From positions 1 to 10,350 of the forward strand of contig JAEOSI010000061.1 of assembly GCA_016840425.1 (NCBI GenBank): DNA of 10,350 nt, in the 5' to 3' direction. Below, piece by piece: positions 1 to 7,207 of this stretch (within the stretch, counting starts at the first letter, position 1; each line of letters begins with the position of its first letter). Position numbers and translations under genes: made by a program. The notes beneath the pieces are model-generated. The model saw only the letters and a list, made by a program, of their open reading frames with translations. It had not been told where the DNA came from and did no database searches. The DNA is from Candidatus Wukongarchaeum yapensis (lineage in GTDB: Archaea; Asgardarchaeota; Wukongarchaeia; Wukongarchaeales; Wukongarchaeaceae).

Positions 1-401
1 GTGGGTAAATCAAAAGTTTTTTCCACGATTATAGAGGTCAGTCCTTTGGGATAACTTATCCTAGCCCTTCGTTTTGACTCGTATATCCTGTAAATATCGC
101 CCATTCTCGCGGGTAACACTTCAAGGAGGAGCCATGATCTTAAAAGGATGACAAAAAGAGAGGAAGTTTTTAGAGGAAAATCATCATCGTTTAAAGGTTT
201 TAAGATCACTAACCACCTTATAGCCCTAAAAAGAAACAGGGTGGAGTGGAGAAGTATGAAAGCTAAAAGCCACCAAGGAGAGATGGAGCGGAGGGAATCC
301 ATTATCTCTGTAGCCCCAACATAATAAATTATCACCCCTAAAACGACTGCTAAAACCAGTAAGCTTACACTTTGATGCTTTGAAGGCTTTTTTATAATCA
401 T
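1..401 (-). CDS. UPF0104 / lysylphosphatidylglycerol-synthase TM-domain (AglD2-type flippase-like) membrane protein, 3'-truncated by window edge
   Basis: Not in ORF track. Hand translation from ATG at 401 is open to the window edge: MIIKKPSKHQSVSLLVLAVVLGVIIYYVGATEIMDSLRSISPWWLLAFILLHSTLFLFRAIRWLVILKPL...VLPARMGDIYRIYESKRRARISYPKGLTSIIVEKTFDLP. The R-x-x-RW, P-x-R-x-GD-x-x-R and EK-x-x-D motifs plus hydrophobic helices match UPF0104. The start overlaps the upstream GT2 stop (ATGA, 398-401). Confidence 0.85.
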   Translation of the reverse strand, partial: MIIKKPSKHQSVSLLVLAVVLGVIIYYVGATEIMDSLRSISPWWLLAFILLHSTLFLFRAIRWLVILKPLNDDDFPLKTSSLFVILLRSWLLLEVLPARMGDIYRIYESKRRARISYPKGLTSIIVEKTFDLP

Positions 402-1090
402 ATTTTTTTCCTCAAAAGTTGTAGTATTTTGTGTAGGTATGTGAAGTAGTAGATTGGCCTATTTTTCGAGCCACCAAGTTTGCGCCAAGTGTAGACAAAA
501 GGCACTTCTTTTATACAGAACCCCATTCTTTCCGCTTTGTATAACAGTTCTATATCGTACTCACCGCCCCTAGAGTATACCTCTATCTTATCTATTACCG
601 TTTTTTTGATAGCTTTAAAACCACCCGTGTTATCTCTAACTTTGTTCCTTAAAAGGAGATTTGCCGCTAAGTTTATCGTATAGCTGGCAAAAGCATGGAG
701 GGGTGGTGCGATCATCCCCCCTCCCTTAATGTGGCGTGAAGCCACTACAATGTCATAATAATCTATATTCTCTAAAAGTTTTGGTATTAATGATGGAGGA
801 TGGGCAAAATCTGCGTCCATGGTAACAATAATAGGTTTTTTCGCTTCACGCATACCCCTCACCGTCGCACTACCCACGCCCAAAGGCTTATCTCTCAAAA
901 TAACGCGAATATTATCGTACTTTTCATTCAAGTTTTCTAAAAGGTCTGCCGTACCATCAGGAGAATTATCATCAACTACCACGATCTCCCCATCATACCC
1001 TTCCCTCAAAAAAATCCGCTCTAAAACAGGGATCAACTTCATCATATTCTCCCTCTCATTATAGGTAGGAATAACTACAGAAACACCCAA
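398..1090 (-). CDS. GT2 polyprenol/dolichol-phosphate mannose synthase-like glycosyltransferase (DPM1-like)
   Basis: Motifs SVVIPTYNE, EIVVVDDNSPDGT, R-x-x-x-LG-x-GSA, MDADFAHPP, SRHIKGG, RDNTGGFKA, EVPFVY-x-x-R-x-x-GGSK. Preferred start is TTG at 1090 (GGTG 5 nt upstream; 230 aa, typical DPM1-like length). The ORF stays open to ATG 1192, so the start is uncertain. Confidence 0.9.
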   Translation of the reverse strand: MGVSVVIPTYNERENMMKLIPVLERIFLREGYDGEIVVVDDNSPDGTADLLENLNEKYDNIRVILRDKPLGVGSATVRGMREAKKPIIVTMDADFAHPPSLIPKLLENIDYYDIVVASRHIKGGGMIAPPLHAFASYTINLAANLLLRNKVRDNTGGFKAIKKTVIDKIEVYSRGGEYDIELLYKAERMGFCIKEVPFVYTWRKLGGSKNRPIYYFTYLHKILQLLRKKI

Positions 1091-1242
1091 AACACCACCA
1101 CTATCTTTGTCTCCATCACCTCCATTATTAATAGTAGGGGAAAACTCAAGCAACAACCAAAAGCAACTCCAAAGATCAAAAGTTGTAATCATGAGGGTTA
1201 AACGTTGTAACAGAAAAATATTTTATTTAATAATATCCCCCT

Positions 1243-1276
1243 CTTTTAAGCCTAACGTTAAAAATCTACTTAAAAG
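1243..1276. promoter_or_regulatory. Candidate bidirectional archaeal promoter: two back-to-back TATA-like boxes
   Basis: CTTTTAAG (1243-1250) and CTTAAAAG (1269-1276) are exact reverse complements, 18 bp apart. Each reads CTTAAAAG (YTTAWA) toward one of the divergent genes. Confidence 0.45.
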
Positions 1277-1316
1277 CGATCAAAATAAAACTACAAAACA
1301 GCTAGAAGGTACTTTT

Positions 1317-2573
1317 ATGGGGCTAACAGCTTACCTTGACAAGAAGATAAACATGTTAAAAAACATGCCAAGGGAGAAGCTGTTTATTTATTTGACATTT
1401 TTCGGTATTATCCTACGGTTTCTTCTACCTTACGTTTTCGCCTTTGCAGACTTTAACCAAACAGATCCAAAAAACTGGGAGATTGCAGGGGAATTAGTGC
1501 TAGACGGTGAAAACCCGTATGTAATTAGTGAAAAAGAAAGAACTCACATGAAATATCTTATGCCTGCTCTTCTTTATCTATTCTCAGCAGTTTTAGTTCT
1601 TATTGAGAGGGGGACAGGGTTTCCTTTCATCTTTAGTTTCTTCACAATATTATTAGTGAGCGATATACTCACCCTTTTAACACTTAAACGCTTATTACAA
1701 TTATTTGAAAAAAATATCTTTCTTGCCCATGCTTATTTCCTAAACCCTTTAACCCTCCTTGCTTTTTGGTATTTACAAGTCGACTTAATAGTAGCGCTAA
1801 CAATAGCAGCTTTTATCTACTATTTTAAAAAAGCACAGATGGAAAAGGCGGCTTTGGCTATAAGCGTGGGGGCGGCGCTAAAGGTATTTCCCGCTCTTTT
1901 TGCCTTGATATTTCTTATAAGAAAAAACGCTTTATCAGAAAAAGTAAAACTGCTTTTACTTACGATAAGTGTACCCGTATTATCTACTTTGCCTTACTTT
2001 TTACAAACTCCTGGAACCGTGATTAATGAACTGTTTTTTTCATATACGCGGGACATATATTATAATAGGATCAGTTTACTAAATGCTTTAATCATTTTTA
2101 AAAGCCCTGGAAGCAGTCAGGAAAGAGCTCCCGAAGGAATTTTAGAGATATTTGACTATATTCTCTCTCCCTTAATGTATGGCTTAATTATCGTAACATT
2201 TTACCTAGCAAGAAAAAGATCGGTAGAACAGCAGGTAACTCTTGCCATACTTTGGATCTATTTACTGTTCAGGGATCTAGAGCTTCATCACCTTGTTTAC
2301 ATTGTTCCTAGTTTGGTTTTGGTCTACGCTTTCTTAGAAAACGAAAAAATCAAGGAAAAAGTTAAACTTTTATTTATTCTATTAGCTATTCTCGGCTACG
2401 CAAGCTACTTCGTACATTATAAACTATACAGACCAGAAAGAATCTCACAAGAAGAAATATTCGCTTTCCTAATACTCATAACATGGATTACTAACATAAC
2501 CTTACTAACAACAATTTACTCTACACCTGTTGAGAAACAATACGCTATAAAAAATGCGGAAGTAAAAAGGTAA
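1317..2573 (+). CDS. GT-C fold membrane glycosyltransferase, GT87/PIG-M-like (lipid-phosphate-sugar dependent)
   Basis: Many hydrophobic helices. TM1 Arg (IILRF), loop Asp (QTDP), GENPY, Y-x-x-P, SDIL, YFLNPL, QVD, GAALKVFP. Start placed at ATG 1317 (GAAGGT 6 nt upstream). The ORF-track extension from 1107 is hydrophilic and runs through the divergent promoter. Confidence 0.8.
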   Translation: MGLTAYLDKKINMLKNMPREKLFIYLTFFGIILRFLLPYVFAFADFNQTDPKNWEIAGELVLDGENPYVISEKERTHMKYLMPALLYLFSAVLVLIERGTGFPFIFSFFTILLVSDILTLLTLKRLLQLFEKNIFLAHAYFLNPLTLLAFWYLQVDLIVALTIAAFIYYFKKAQMEKAALAISVGAALKVFPALFALIFLIRKNALSEKVKLLLLTISVPVLSTLPYFLQTPGTVINELFFSYTRDIYYNRISLLNALIIFKSPGSSQERAPEGILEIFDYILSPLMYGLIIVTFYLARKRSVEQQVTLAILWIYLLFRDLELHHLVYIVPSLVLVYAFLENEKIKEKVKLLFILLAILGYASYFVHYKLYRPERISQEEIFAFLILITWITNITLLTTIYSTPVEKQYAIKNAEVKR

Positions 2574-2579
2574 AAACGC

Positions 2580-3797
2580 TTGTTTACGGTGAGTGGTAAT
2601 ACGGCTAAAAATCAGGGATTTAAGGCAAATTATGGTGATTTTCTTAGAGACTATAGACTAATTATGATCATTTTCTTAGGGATTTTATTAAGAATAATTT
2701 TACTGTTTTATGGTGCAGATTATAAGGGCGATGCTGAGATTTATTCCCGGCGTGGAAGGGATGTTTTAGAAGGTTTTACGCCGTATAAAGATTATGTTGA
2801 GACCAAACCCCCTCTTTGGATAGCTTCTGTCGTGGCTTGGTTTTATATTACAACATTTAAGTCATTTACTTCTGTTAAAATTTTGATCGTTATAGCCGAT
2901 ATCTCTTTTTTAATCGGGGCATTACACCTTCTCAATAAAAGGAAAAGCAAGGAAAAGTATAACTATCTTACTTTCTCGATTATGATAGCTTTAAATCCCC
3001 TGATAATTGCTAATAGTGCGTATTTCGGTCGATATGATATAATACCTGCAACTTTTGCGTTTTTAGCGTTTTTCTTTTTCAGATATAAAAAAGAGAAGTT
3101 AAGCGCTTTGATGCTTGGAATAGCCACAATGTACAAATACCTTGCAGCGGCCTTTCTAATACCTCTAATTATTGCACTAAAAACAAATTTTAAAAGAATA
3201 GAATATCTTCTAATTTTTTCTTCTATATGCGTTTTAATACTTATTCCCGTGTATTTTATAGCATCTATAGACCGATTTATAGAAGATACTGTTTACTATT
3301 TTAGTGAAAGGAGTGCGAGAGGGCTATGTTTATGGAAATTAGCCTCACGATTAGAAATTATTGATACAAGTACAAGCAATATACCGTTCATAATTCAAGG
3401 TATTTCCCTTGTAATAATAACCATCTTCATGATCTCAAAAAGAAACGTCTTTAATGATGATGAAGCTTGGAAAGAATTCTTCATAATAGTGTTTTATGTA
3501 ACATATCTGCTCTCAAACAAGATAGTTTTACTGCAATACTTCATTTTTTACCTCCCTTTTCTGGCTTTAATTACTTCAAGAAACGAGATAAACTTCGAAA
3601 CAAAGCAAATCGTTTACTTGTTAAATTTTATAATATTCTTATCGCTAATCCTAAAAAACGAATATATAGACAATACACTTTTCCTAATCCTAGGAATGAT
3701 AATAGTATACGCGGGAACAATTATCCCTCTTATACTAATATATAAACTTCTAATCAAAACAAAATTTTATCAAACAGAAAAAGCTGGTAATGTATAA
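2580..3797 (+). CDS. GT-C fold membrane glycosyltransferase, GT87/PIG-M-like
   Basis: LLRII, GDAEIY, GFTPYKD...KPPL, IAD, ALNPL, GRYD, GIATMYK, and a C-terminal NKIVLLQYFIFYLP resembling the PIG-M K-x-x-x-x-QYF-x-W motif. Starts 6 nt after the upstream stop (TTG 2580; GTG 2589 is an alternative). Confidence 0.8.
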   Translation: MFTVSGNTAKNQGFKANYGDFLRDYRLIMIIFLGILLRIILLFYGADYKGDAEIYSRRGRDVLEGFTPYKDYVETKPPLWIASVVAWFYITTFKSFTSVKILIVIADISFLIGALHLLNKRKSKEKYNYLTFSIMIALNPLIIANSAYFGRYDIIPATFAFLAFFFFRYKKEKLSALMLGIATMYKYLAAAFLIPLIIALKTNFKRIEYLLIFSSICVLILIPVYFIASIDRFIEDTVYYFSERSARGLCLWKLASRLEIIDTSTSNIPFIIQGISLVIITIFMISKRNVFNDDEAWKEFFIIVFYVTYLLSNKIVLLQYFIFYLPFLALITSRNEINFETKQIVYLLNFIIFLSLILKNEYIDNTLFLILGMIIVYAGTIIPLILIYKLLIKTKFYQTEKAGNV

Positions 3798-3800
3798 AGT

Positions 3801-4790
3801 TCACAATTCTTCATTATCTCCATTATATAGATAACTTAATTCCCAAGGCCATTGCCTATTGTTGGACATGAACCAATCAACGGTTTTTTTAAGACCTTCT
3901 TGGAGGGATGTTTTTGGCATCCATGCCAAAATTTCTTTGGCTTTTTTGTTGCTTGCCACTAATTTTTCGACATCATGAGGTCTAAGCTTGCGGGGATCTA
4001 ATTCAACTTCATATTCTTCGATGTTCATTATTTTAGCGATTAACTCTAACAACTCTTTGATTGAAACGTCTTTTTCTGTGCCTATGTTTATGGTCTCCCC
4101 GATGGCGTTTTTAGCTTTGCCTGCTAAAAGGAGAGCGTTAACAGTATCTGACACAAATGTAAGATCTCTTGAAGTGCTCAAGTTGCCAAGTTTTAAGCGG
4201 TTCCCCTTCGCAAACTGGGATATGATTGTGGGTACAATATAAGGATGAGTTTCTTTTGGCCCGTATGTGTTAAAGGGACGGACTATCACTATGGGTAAAT
4301 TTTGTTCCTTAAAAATTGTATAACAAAGTCTGTCTGCTGCGAGCTTGCTTACAGCGTAAGTTGAATGGGGGAAAGTTGGATGTTTCTCATCCATAGGGAC
4401 ATATTGAGCTGTACCGTAAACTTCAGAGGAGGATACATTAACAAATATTTCAGGATCATAATCCCTCGCAGCTAAAAGTAAGTTTAAAGTCCCTACAGCG
4501 TTGATTTCAAAAAACTCTTTTGGTCTTAAATAACAGCTCGGTATGAAGGGTCTAGCAGCAAGGTGAAAAATCACTTCTTGATCATGAACAACTTTCCGCA
4601 CGAAATCTTCATCACGAATATCCCCATACATAACTATTGCCCTTAGACCCCGTAAGTTTTCTCGAAGACCCGAGGAAAAATCGTCTAAAACCGTTACTTC
4701 TGCACGATTTTGTACAAGTTGTTTAACCAGTTCAGAACCAATGAAACCGGCGCCTCCAGTAACAAGGCACCGCATATCCTCATACAACAT
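3801..4790 (-). CDS. NAD-dependent epimerase/dehydratase (extended SDR), LegB-like NDP-sugar 4,6-dehydratase subfamily
   Basis: TGGAGFIGS Rossmann motif, FHLAA, SSSEVYGTAQYVPMDEKHP, YAVSK (YxxxK), RPFNTYGP, LGNLSTSRDLTFVSDTV. AAGGTGA SD lies 3 nt upstream of ATG 4790. Confidence 0.9.
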   Translation of the reverse strand: MLYEDMRCLVTGGAGFIGSELVKQLVQNRAEVTVLDDFSSGLRENLRGLRAIVMYGDIRDEDFVRKVVHDQEVIFHLAARPFIPSCYLRPKEFFEINAVGTLNLLLAARDYDPEIFVNVSSSEVYGTAQYVPMDEKHPTFPHSTYAVSKLAADRLCYTIFKEQNLPIVIVRPFNTYGPKETHPYIVPTIISQFAKGNRLKLGNLSTSRDLTFVSDTVNALLLAGKAKNAIGETINIGTEKDVSIKELLELIAKIMNIEEYEVELDPRKLRPHDVEKLVASNKKAKEILAWMPKTSLQEGLKKTVDWFMSNNRQWPWELSYLYNGDNEEL

Positions 4791-4813
4791 CGTTCACCTT
4801 TAGGCTAAAACCT

Positions 4814-4875
4814 CTTAAAAAACAGACGAATTACTTAAAAAAGAACAGTTTACATATCTATTTTATAAATATAAA
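4814..4875 (-). promoter_or_regulatory. Candidate internal promoter region for the SDR gene
   Basis: On the minus strand: TTTATATTTATAAAA (4875-4861) and two TTTTTTAAG copies (4842-4834, 4822-4814) upstream of the SD. Which box is used cannot be determined from sequence. Confidence 0.4.
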
Positions 4876-4883
4876 TTAATCGG

Positions 4884-4898
4884 AAAAAAACCAAAAAA
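4884..4898 (-). terminator. Archaeal-type oligo-T terminator after the four-gene minus-strand unit
   Basis: T6-GG-T7 on the minus strand starting 7 nt after the TAG at 4906. Confidence 0.5.
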
Positions 4899-4905
4899 CG
4901 AATTT

Positions 4906-6135
4906 CTATTTAGCTGCTATTTTTTCAGGGATTAAATGAGCTCTTAACTTTAAATAAAATTCTTTCAGATCAGTAAAGAAGAATCCTATGAGAGCTGGGA
5001 GAAAAATTAGGCCCGTTACAGGTTTCAACCACCTAATCAGGGTTCCAGCCCACAAAAGAAAACAGAAAACAAGAACCCAATAAGCTCTCTCCCTAATTTT
5101 ATCAGGTTTCATGATTATATAGATAGTCATAAATGGAAGAATCCAGATTAAATATTGGGGATTTACGAATTTCATAGTAGCGATTAATCCAGTTAAAATA
5201 AAGAAAAAACCTACATAAACTTCTTTTTTATCATCATTCTTTTTATAATATCTCAGCGTGAAATATAAAAGGATAGGAATTGCGAAAAAAAGCCATATAT
5301 CGTCCACATATCTACCATACTTATCGAAGGTGTTTGTAATATAGAGTAAGAAAAAGTATGTAGATGTTTTATTTGTTTCATTTAAATAATCAGTTCTTGA
5401 ACCGTGATATTTAAGCGGTTCTAGTATGAAAGACGTAGATCCTATATAGGCAATAAACGCGGTATAAATCAATACTATTAGTGAAAAGAATCCTAAAAGG
5501 AACTTTGCTTTCTCTGAAAGTCGTTTAAACTTAAAAATTAAGATTATGCCTATGGCAGGTATCATTTTTACTAAAGCACCGATACCAAGTGTTAATCCAC
5601 TCGTATACGGTCGACCTTTTATAGCAAAGTATAATCCTGCTAGTAAAGATGCGGCTACTATGGAGTCAAAATGTCCCTGATAGGAGCTTTCAAAGATCAT
5701 GTAGGGATTAAGAGCGAGAATAATTGATACGATCTTTGACTTAACTTCACCTAAATCAATTGCCATACAGATTTGATAAGCGAGATATACACATAAGATA
5801 TCTCCTAAAACCATCCAAGATTTCATCGATAAATTATAGAAAATTGAGTTTACTGATAATCCGAAGATTTTGTTTATCGAGTAGATAAATGTGACTACGA
5901 TCAAATATCCTGGTGTAATATCGTTGTGTTCGTAAACTACATAGTCAACGTAAGGCTTTTTACCTCTATAGAATTGGCTAGCATCTTGGGCATACCACCA
6001 CCAATCATAACTAGCACCTTCCAAAAACATAAAAGGAAGTCTAGCCAAGAAAGCAAGGAGAAGAATCCTTCTAATATTATATCCCATTAACTTCTGTCGA
6101 AGTTCTACCCATGAAAAATTATTTATAAAAGACAT
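4906..6135 (-). CDS. GT-C fold membrane glycosyltransferase, GT87/PIG-M-like
   Basis: LARLP, SYDWWWY, GKKPYVD...TPG, LGDIL, ALNPY, QGHFD, GIGALVKMIP, KFVNPQYLIWILPF. GAGGCGG SD-like motif upstream of ATG 6135. Confidence 0.8.
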   Translation of the reverse strand: MSFINNFSWVELRQKLMGYNIRRILLLAFLARLPFMFLEGASYDWWWYAQDASQFYRGKKPYVDYVVYEHNDITPGYLIVVTFIYSINKIFGLSVNSIFYNLSMKSWMVLGDILCVYLAYQICMAIDLGEVKSKIVSIILALNPYMIFESSYQGHFDSIVAASLLAGLYFAIKGRPYTSGLTLGIGALVKMIPAIGIILIFKFKRLSEKAKFLLGFFSLIVLIYTAFIAYIGSTSFILEPLKYHGSRTDYLNETNKTSTYFFLLYITNTFDKYGRYVDDIWLFFAIPILLYFTLRYYKKNDDKKEVYVGFFFILTGLIATMKFVNPQYLIWILPFMTIYIIMKPDKIRERAYWVLVFCFLLWAGTLIRWLKPVTGLIFLPALIGFFFTDLKEFYLKLRAHLIPEKIAAK

Positions 6136-6158
6136 ATAAACGCCGCCTCATAGAGAAG

Positions 6159-7196
6159 CTATCCATGTAATAAAGAAACGATCCAAATCCCGTAAGGGAC
6201 GAGTAAGCCCATTAATACTAATGTTTTCTCCCTATCCAAATATTTATGGAAAGGCATTAAATACGGAAAAAGAAATATAGACCACCGCCTTATACCACCA
6301 TCTACAGCATAATAAGCTGGACTTAGAGCCCAATATATGAGAAAAAACAGTTCAAATATGAGGAGGGAAACATCGAACTTCTGGAGTTTCCATACTGTTG
6401 CAAACCCAATTAATAAGAAAGAAAGATTGACGACTACTTGAAACTCGATACCTTCCGTAAGAGATTCAATGAACCCTAGGAAAGGATAAGTGTAAGAGCC
6501 CCCCGCCCTCTCATAATATGCTTGATTATTATGAAACCATGCTAGAAAATCTCCTGAAGTCCAGTAGAAAAAGATGAAGCTTATTATTGTCCCGATAGGG
6601 GTGAGAAGAGATTTTAGGGCGATTTTGTAATCAAATGTTTCGTGTATAATGTGATAAAGGGGTATAAAGATGAACATGAAGCAGTTATAGGGATGGAAAA
6701 ATCCGCCGATTATAGCAGAAATTACCGCCTTGTTTGTGTCGCCTACGCGTAGGAAATAATAAACTAATAAGGCTAAGAATAAGCTGATATGAGCTCCAAA
6801 ATAATAAAGTTTTGCCGGAGGAAAGATAGCGAACAGTATAGCTATGTTTTCCCTATTTTGAAAGTCATGAAGATATAGAATTCTGCGAAAAACTATGGTG
6901 CATAAAGGTCTAATAGTGATATAAAAAAACCAAAGTGAAAAAGTTTCTCCGATAAAAAACGCTAAAGAATAGAGGCAGAAATCAGAACCTGGAAAGGATG
7001 AATAAGCACTATCAGGCTTATTAACATCAGCTTCTTTGTATCTTTCAACGAAATAATACTCCCCAAAATAGTTCGTGTTTATTCCACTCTGTCCTAAAAG
7101 ACCAGCTATAGGATCAAGAATCATTCTCAGCAGAGATAAACCGATAGTTACTTTTACGGGCCAATTATCCCAGTCATCCCTAGTTAAACCAAACAC
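6159..7196 (-). CDS. GT-C fold membrane protein, PIG-V / Mannosyl_trans2-like, with degenerate motifs
   Basis: AYSSFPG (cf. AFFP), LFAIFP...ISLFLAL (cf. FP...ESLFL-x-L), LLTPIG, GDFLAWFHNNQAYYER (cf. GD-x-L-x-F-x-x-x-Q-x-x-W-x-R), IRRWSIFLFP. GTG start with GGTGAT SD 5 nt upstream, overlapping the upstream stop codon. Confidence 0.65.
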   Translation of the reverse strand: MFGLTRDDWDNWPVKVTIGLSLLRMILDPIAGLLGQSGINTNYFGEYYFVERYKEADVNKPDSAYSSFPGSDFCLYSLAFFIGETFSLWFFYITIRPLCTIVFRRILYLHDFQNRENIAILFAIFPPAKLYYFGAHISLFLALLVYYFLRVGDTNKAVISAIIGGFFHPYNCFMFIFIPLYHIIHETFDYKIALKSLLTPIGTIISFIFFYWTSGDFLAWFHNNQAYYERAGGSYTYPFLGFIESLTEGIEFQVVVNLSFLLIGFATVWKLQKFDVSLLIFELFFLIYWALSPAYYAVDGGIRRWSIFLFPYLMPFHKYLDREKTLVLMGLLVPYGIWIVSLLHG

Positions 7197-7201
7197 TTTT
7201 T

Positions 7202-7207
7202 ATCACC
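7202..7207 (-). promoter_or_regulatory. Shine-Dalgarno GGTGAT embedded in the GT2 stop codon (translational coupling)
   Basis: Minus strand reads CGG TGA TAAAAA GTG: the TGA stop of 7203-7913 is part of the SD of the next gene. Confidence 0.6.

Noticed and set aside
819-1064. 81-aa + strand ORF
   Set aside because: Antisense shadow of the well-supported DPM1-like gene, with no recognisable motifs.
1107-1316. 70-codon N-terminal extension of the first + strand GT-C in the ORF track
   Set aside because: Hydrophilic, no SD, overlaps the divergent gene's upstream region and both TATA-like boxes. ATG 1317 has an SD-like motif and gives a length similar to the paralogs.
3467-3745. 92-aa + strand ORF
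   Set aside because: Alternative frame inside the 2580-3797 GT-C gene, with no motifs or SD.
3988-4242. 84-aa + strand ORF
   Set aside because: Antisense shadow of the SDR gene.
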